Of a stretch of 60,443 nt of DNA, positions 55,300 to 60,443 are shown piece by piece. Numbering within the stretch: position 1 is the first letter of the stretch; each line of letters starts with the position of its first letter. A program made the position numbers and the translations under genes. The notes beneath the pieces are model-generated. The model was not told where the DNA came from and did not search any database. It was given only the letters and a program-made list of their open reading frames with translations. This DNA comes from a virus (Duplodnaviria; Caudoviricetes): the IMG/VR virus record IMGVR_UViG_3300042453_000310, positions 1 through 60,443 of that record; one strand, 5' to 3'.

Positions 55300-58194
55300 A
55301 TGACTCCGCTTGAGTTTTTAGCGGTTGTTCTGCCGCCGCCAGAATTTGGTCGGTACTGTGTAGCAGAACTTACTAGGACGAAAGAGCATGTGTTTGTTGA
55401 CGCGCTCGATCAGACCACAGCGCCAATTAAAGGTTGGCACGACAGCAAGCTAGATGTTTACTTTGCCTTGGCTACTTTTGGCAAGGAAGACAACCGACAA
55501 GCTGTAAACGCAAGGTATGTGAAGTCCCTGTTTATCGACATGGATGGCTATGCATCGAAGAAAGATGCCGCCCTTGCGCTCAATGCGTTCTTGGAAAAGA
55601 CTGGCCTTGATGCTTTGGGCACGCCCTATGTAGTCGGCTCTGGTGGTGGGTTGCACTGCTACTGGCCACTACTTACTGCCGTTCCTATCGACTCATGGAA
55701 GCCGGTGGCTGAGAACTTCAAACGCCTGTGCAAGCAGGAGAACATGGCGATCGACATGACCGTGACGGCAGATGCCGCCCGAGTCTTGCGTGTGCCTGAC
55801 ACAACCAACTTTAAGAAGAAGTACGCAACGCCGCGCCCTGTGCGCATACTGACTGAAGGCGATGTGTTCAGCTTCGAGGGTCTGGCGACTCTCATCCGAG
55901 AGAAACTGACAGGCGCAGTATATGAGCCTGTGGCTACACCAGCACTTGACTTGCCCGGACAGCGGCCAACCAAGGCAACGCCATCGGCTACGACAGTGAA
56001 GCTGTATGAGAACAGCATCACCAAGTTCAAACCGATATGGCTTGCTACGCAAAATGGCCGTGGCTGTGGTCAGTTAGCGCACTACGTGGAGCATGCAACC
56101 GAGGACGGCATGGAGCCGATCTGGAGGGGCTTGCTGTCATGGACGAAGGTTTGTGAAGACGGCAACAAGGCGGCTGTCTGGCTAAGCCAGATGCACCCCT
56201 ACGAGCCTGAGCGCATGAACCAGAAGCTGCAAAGCATCAAGGGCCCATACCCCTGCGTCAAGATGGACTCAGAGAACCCCGGAGTGTGCCAATCATGCGC
56301 GCATTGGGGCAAGATAACCAACCCCCTGATCTTGGGACGCGAGTTGTCTGTTGAGGTGGAAGAGAAAGAGATCGAGGTAAGGCTACCAAGCGACAGCACA
56401 GTCACTGCGAAAGAAGTCATCAAGGTCATGCGCCCAACACCGCCACGGGGTTACGCCTACGGCACAAACGGCGGTGTGTTCATGGAGCGCACAGTAGAAG
56501 ACGATGAGGGCGTTAAGTCCAAGAAGCAAGTGATGCTGTTGCCTTACGAGTTGTTTGTTGTGGACATCCTCAACAGCAACAACGACCACACTGTACACAT
56601 GATTGCGCTTAGACCCGAAGGGGCGCTGAATGTAACCATGCCGCAGAAGGCGGTGGTCAGCAAAGACGAAACGGTGAAAGCACTGGCAAGCCAAAACATA
56701 GTGGCGGCTTTTGGTGCCAACAATGACAAAAACTTATTTGAATATGTGAGGGCATGCGTGGAAGAATCTAGCACTAACAAAACACCAATCAAAGTTCCAG
56801 ACAGCTATGGTTGGCAACCTGACAACTCGTATGTATTTGCGGGTCGTATTTTTACTAAGGGTAAACCCCCTGTCAAAGTCCCAATGCCGGGCTTGGAGAA
56901 CATTACCAAGAACACCGAGCCTCGTGGCACTATGGAGCAGTGGCGCATCTTCATAGAGATGATGATTGCCAAGAAGATGTGGGATCACCTAGCCGTTTTG
57001 CTAGCCGGTGCTGGCGCACCTTTCATGCGCTTCACAGGCATCTACGGCATGACGTACCACTGCGCTAGTACCGAGTCTGGTACGGGTAAGACGCTTGCTC
57101 TGGAGGCTGCGGCATCGGTCTGGGGACACCCCACCCACTACCGCACAGGCAAGAGCACATCTCCTGTGGCTATGCAACAACGCCTTGGACTACTCAACAG
57201 CCACCCGCTGATTACTGACGAGATCACGTCCAAGAACCGAGACGACTTCGAGTGGTTGCCTGAGTTCCTGTTGGATATGACCGAGGGTCGGGGCAAGGAG
57301 CGTATGGAGTCTGGCTCCAACAAAGAGCGCTTAAACTTGTCCACATGGATGACCAACGCCCTGATGTCATCTAACACCCACATCGTGGACTATTTGACTG
57401 GTGGGCGTGCCCACTCATCTGAGGGTGAACTGCGCCGCTTGCTTGAGTTTGTGCTTGAAGACGAGTTGTCTTGGGAGCCACACGAGATTGAGATCATCAA
57501 GTCCTTGCAATCTAACTACGCTGTGGCCGGTTACGCACTGTCTCAGTACCTTGCTGACAATGTGGATCAGTTCCCTAAGATGGTGGGCGAAGCCGTTGCC
57601 GGTATGTACACTGAGTTCAAGGCAACCAACGATGAACGCTTCTGGATGGCAGGGGTTGGATGCTCTGTATGCGCCCTCAAAGCGTTTAAAGAGCTTGGCG
57701 TGGTGGACATACCCTACCGCCCTATTCTGAACTCCTACAAGAAAGCTGTGGACTACATGCGAGCTAGCATGAAGAGCAGTGTGCGCACCGCTGTGGATGT
57801 ACTGAACTCCTACACCCGTGACAACTACGGCAGTTTTGTGGTGATTAAGCCTAGCAAGGGCGGCCTCATGGCTGAACTGGGTAGCGGCAAGGATATCGAC
57901 CTGACGATCACGCGCAACAAGGTGTTTGGTCGGGTGGAGCATGAGCCGATCCCCAACCACATCGACTACTTCATCGAGGAGCAACTGCTCAAGGCGTACT
58001 GCGCCACCATGAGCTTCGGGTATTCGTCATTTAAGCGCCAGCTTGAACAACTGTACAACGTAGAGTATCTTAAGAAAGATATGATGGCCAAGACCAAGGG
58101 GCCGCAGATGCGGGTCACAGTTATGAAAATCAGACGCGAGATTATTGATGCCGATGAAGTACTACTCACTGCGCCTTCCGTGGGAGAAAGTTGA
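55300..58194 (+). CDS. Primase-helicase (RepB/AEP-like primase + DUF927 + P-loop helicase)
   Basis: FIDMD, SGGGLHCYW, DAARVLRVP primase motifs; Cys cluster PC...C..C; Walker A ESGTGKT, DEIT, GRGKER. Confidence 0.88.
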   Translation: MTPLEFLAVVLPPPEFGRYCVAELTRTKEHVFVDALDQTTAPIKGWHDSKLDVYFALATFGKEDNRQAVNARYVKSLFIDMDGYASKKDAALALNAFLEKTGLDALGTPYVVGSGGGLHCYWPLLTAVPIDSWKPVAENFKRLCKQENMAIDMTVTADAARVLRVPDTTNFKKKYATPRPVRILTEGDVFSFEGLATLIREKLTGAVYEPVATPALDLPGQRPTKATPSATTVKLYENSITKFKPIWLATQNGRGCGQLAHYVEHATEDGMEPIWRGLLSWTKVCEDGNKAAVWLSQMHPYEPERMNQKLQSIKGPYPCVKMDSENPGVCQSCAHWGKITNPLILGRELSVEVEEKEIEVRLPSDSTVTAKEVIKVMRPTPPRGYAYGTNGGVFMERTVEDDEGVKSKKQVMLLPYELFVVDILNSNNDHTVHMIALRPEGALNVTMPQKAVVSKDETVKALASQNIVAAFGANNDKNLFEYVRACVEESSTNKTPIKVPDSYGWQPDNSYVFAGRIFTKGKPPVKVPMPGLENITKNTEPRGTMEQWRIFIEMMIAKKMWDHLAVLLAGAGAPFMRFTGIYGMTYHCASTESGTGKTLALEAAASVWGHPTHYRTGKSTSPVAMQQRLGLLNSHPLITDEITSKNRDDFEWLPEFLLDMTEGRGKERMESGSNKERLNLSTWMTNALMSSNTHIVDYLTGGRAHSSEGELRRLLEFVLEDELSWEPHEIEIIKSLQSNYAVAGYALSQYLADNVDQFPKMVGEAVAGMYTEFKATNDERFWMAGVGCSVCALKAFKELGVVDIPYRPILNSYKKAVDYMRASMKSSVRTAVDVLNSYTRDNYGSFVVIKPSKGGLMAELGSGKDIDLTITRNKVFGRVEHEPIPNHIDYFIEEQLLKAYCATMSFGYSSFKRQLEQLYNVEYLKKDMMAKTKGPQMRVTVMKIRREIIDADEVLLTAPSVGES

Positions 58195-58357
58195 GAAGGG
58201 GCAGGGGTTTTTTATACCCTGCCTCGACACCGAAGCCATGAAAGAGTGGGGCTTAAAGAAAGCCTTCTCCTTGCGGATACTAGATGCCCACGCTAGCGTG
58301 GGCATCCTCGACGGCAAGCTCGGGGTTATGTTTTACCGGAAGCCTCAATTCGTTTAA
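58151..58357 (+). CDS. Small hypothetical protein
   Basis: LPWEKVEKGQGFFIPCLD...GVMFYR; last plus-strand gene, overlapping the 3' end of the giant gene. Confidence 0.65.
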   Translation, partial: PMKYYSLRLPWEKVEKGQGFFIPCLDTEAMKEWGLKKAFSLRILDAHASVGILDGKLGVMFYRKPQFV

Positions 58358-60443
58358 TAGCCGCCTCAAACTTCTCAGAGATAGCCTGCCGAGCATCGTT
58401 GATTCGGTCGATACGCTTGCGTTTTTCTTCCCCTGACAGACCCGCCATACCTGTAACACGCTCTTCGTCTGCACGCAGTCGGCCCATCTGTGTGCGGTAC
58501 TGGTTAGCTATGCCTGCCGACACAATCTCTGTGCGGTTGTCAGCCAAGAACTCTTTAGCGTCTGCTGCACGGCCTTGCTTGAGCATGCTGTCGTAAGTGT
58601 CTTTAGCTTGCTTAGACTCCTTGGCTATGCGGTACACCACATCAGCATCAGCACCGCCATACTTCTTCTGGAACGAGCTGCCAATAAACGGCATGTCTGT
58701 GATGCGTTTCTCTGGGGCTTCGCCTTGCGTTTCCTTGCGGAACAAGCCATTGGCTGCAGCCGCAATAATCAGCGGTAGCTGACCAAAGTAGCCGTTAGAG
58801 ATGTGCTCAATCTGTATAGGCGACAGCATTGGCAACATTTTGCTCATAGATTTGGCGACTTCGGTCGTGCTTACATTGAAGCGCTCGGCAGTAGTCTTGT
58901 CCTGCATGCGTTGAGACTCGATGTCGCTACCTGTGTAAAAGTTCTTGTTGCTGTAAACCTCAAACGCAGGCTTAATAATCTGCGGCATAAACTTGGACGA
59001 GTAGCCGGGGATCGACATCAAGAACATATCGCGCAGTGCGTCAAACTGTTGCTTGCCATCCGTCTCCGCTTTCATAGCGTCTACTGCGGCAACAGCCAAC
59101 GAGAAGAACCAGCCAGCCTCATAGGGGATAGGCAGCTTAAACGGCTCTTCAACGCCCGGCACAGGGATAAAGAAATTGCTGTACTTGTCCTTTGGCTTGG
59201 CACGTTTGAAGGCTTCGTCGTCTTCCATAGCCATGGCGTAAACCACGCCAACGCCCACCAACAACATGGCGTTGTTGAAAAACTTCTGCTTGATCTTTTG
59301 CTGTTCTTCAAACGGCATTTGACCTGTAGCGGCTTTGTACAGCACGTTCAAGCCTTGGATCTGCGCATTAAAGAACGGGATCAAACGGCTGGCGTACTGC
59401 ACAGTAGGTGACAGACCACGCTTGTAGAAGTTCATCGACTCCATAGTCATCAAGTCGGCCTCGACTTCAGACAATCCGTTCTTGATTGCGTTTTGGAACA
59501 CCAACGCACGGGTAGCAGCATCGGCACGCATCGCGGCTCTGTCCATCGTAGCAAACAACTGGTTAACAGCGCCTTGTTGGTTACCCGCCAACTGCAATGC
59601 CATCTTAGCAATGTCGTCTGGGTCTCCTGTAAAGATGCCGCTTTGGACTAGGCCACGCTTGATGAGCTCTTCGCCTGCCTTGCTTGTACCGCGAGTCATA
59701 CGTACAAACTCAGTGGCAGCTTTAACAACCGCTGTTAGAGGGTTGTAGTTCAGACCGCCTGTAAACGATGCGGCCATTGGGTCACGAATTAACTGACGCG
59801 CAATATAGATTGGCATGCGGGTCACACCAGAACGCAGGAGATCGCCCGCAAGCCCGCCAATCTTCAAAAACGCAGGGAGCGTCAAGTGAGCGCCTTCCAA
59901 GCTCTTTACAATCAACTCAGCAGGGATACCACCCATGATGGTGTCGTCGGTTTTAACGCGTACCCAGCGGTCGCCCGTGTCTTTAGGATCGGCAGGGTCT
60001 GGCTCTTGGTTAAAGCGGACAATGTCTGCACCCGTCGGGCCTTTCCCTTTGTGGATTGGCATGGCGTTGGTTATCTTGCCTTCCTTGTCCACGGGGCCTT
60101 TGCCCGCACCAATTGATTGGAACGCGTAGCCCACATTGCGGGCTGCAAGGTTTGTCAGCGCTTTGTCTGTAATGAGCAGTGTGTTGCGTGGGAGCGACTC
60201 AGTCAGGGGAAGGATGCGAGTCTCGCCACCTTTGAGTTCCGCCAAGTACGGCTGGTATCTAACATCGCCGATGTTGATAGTGACTTCGTCACTAAAGACA
60301 AGATCAGCCATCCCGTTCTCACGAACGCGGTAGAACGGAACATAGTCACCGTCTTTGAGCAGCTTGGCTGCCGTCTCTTTGGGTATTGCGCCAGTTGAAG
60401 CCAAGAACTTAATCAAGCCTGCGTTGTATGCGTTGTACGTACT
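58326..60443 (-). CDS. C-terminal part of the giant polyvalent protein (LPD38-like domain)
   Basis: Open to the window edge and in frame with 1-8307; YVPFYR, IPFFNAQIQGL, FFIPVPG..FKLPIPYEAG, N.NFYTG..IE motifs. Confidence 0.88.
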   Translation of the reverse strand, partial: STYNAYNAGLIKFLASTGAIPKETAAKLLKDGDYVPFYRVRENGMADLVFSDEVTINIGDVRYQPYLAELKGGETRILPLTESLPRNTLLITDKALTNLAARNVGYAFQSIGAGKGPVDKEGKITNAMPIHKGKGPTGADIVRFNQEPDPADPKDTGDRWVRVKTDDTIMGGIPAELIVKSLEGAHLTLPAFLKIGGLAGDLLRSGVTRMPIYIARQLIRDPMAASFTGGLNYNPLTAVVKAATEFVRMTRGTSKAGEELIKRGLVQSGIFTGDPDDIAKMALQLAGNQQGAVNQLFATMDRAAMRADAATRALVFQNAIKNGLSEVEADLMTMESMNFYKRGLSPTVQYASRLIPFFNAQIQGLNVLYKAATGQMPFEEQQKIKQKFFNNAMLLVGVGVVYAMAMEDDEAFKRAKPKDKYSNFFIPVPGVEEPFKLPIPYEAGWFFSLAVAAVDAMKAETDGKQQFDALRDMFLMSIPGYSSKFMPQIIKPAFEVYSNKNFYTGSDIESQRMQDKTTAERFNVSTTEVAKSMSKMLPMLSPIQIEHISNGYFGQLPLIIAAAANGLFRKETQGEAPEKRITDMPFIGSSFQKKYGGADADVVYRIAKESKQAKDTYDSMLKQGRAADAKEFLADNRTEIVSAGIANQYRTQMGRLRADEERVTGMAGLSGEEKRKRIDRINDARQAISEKFEAAIKRIEASGKT
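60258..60443. repeat. Terminal overlap, copy 2
   Basis: 182/186 identical to 1-186. Confidence 0.97.

Overview
This window is an essentially complete, circularly permuted tailed dsDNA phage genome with podovirus-like gene content. Bases 1-186 repeat at 60258-60443 with four synonymous differences, so the circle is about 60,257 bp. The minus arm (38103 to 1, continuing 60257 to 58326) carries terminase, portal, a GroES-like co-chaperonin, scaffold, Mu-gpT-like major capsid, small basic virion proteins, adaptors, fibres, lysis genes and ejection proteins. It ends in a ~3,412-aa polyvalent protein (metallopeptidase + ADP-ribosyltransferase-like + LPD38-like) that spans the window junction and is mostly missing from the ORF track. 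The plus arm (38576-58357) carries early genes, including a COOH-NH2 amidoligase and class II glutamine amidotransferase pair, followed by a replication module (Leu762 PolA, PD-(D/E)XK nuclease, SNF2 helicase, SSB-like protein, primase-helicase). I recognised no integrase, RNA polymerase or tRNA. The most unusual signals are non-coding. (1) A promoter- and terminator-bounded ~80-nt RNA has an anti-Shine-Dalgarno segment complementary to many early and replication RBSs. (2) A 16-bp palindrome occurs eight times, only in the early region, in both orientations, and one copy covaries. (3) A second palindrome family, TGTCYA-N4-TDGACA, looks like an operator. (4) A ~300-bp imperfect inverted repeat surrounds an AT-rich core. 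(5) A double-pseudoknot RNA lies downstream of the capsid gene. (6) A multistem RNA follows the SSB-like gene. A [MFYL][AKS]xGG peptide motif also recurs 17 times in seven putative internal virion proteins. All family assignments come from motif recognition by eye, not database searches.
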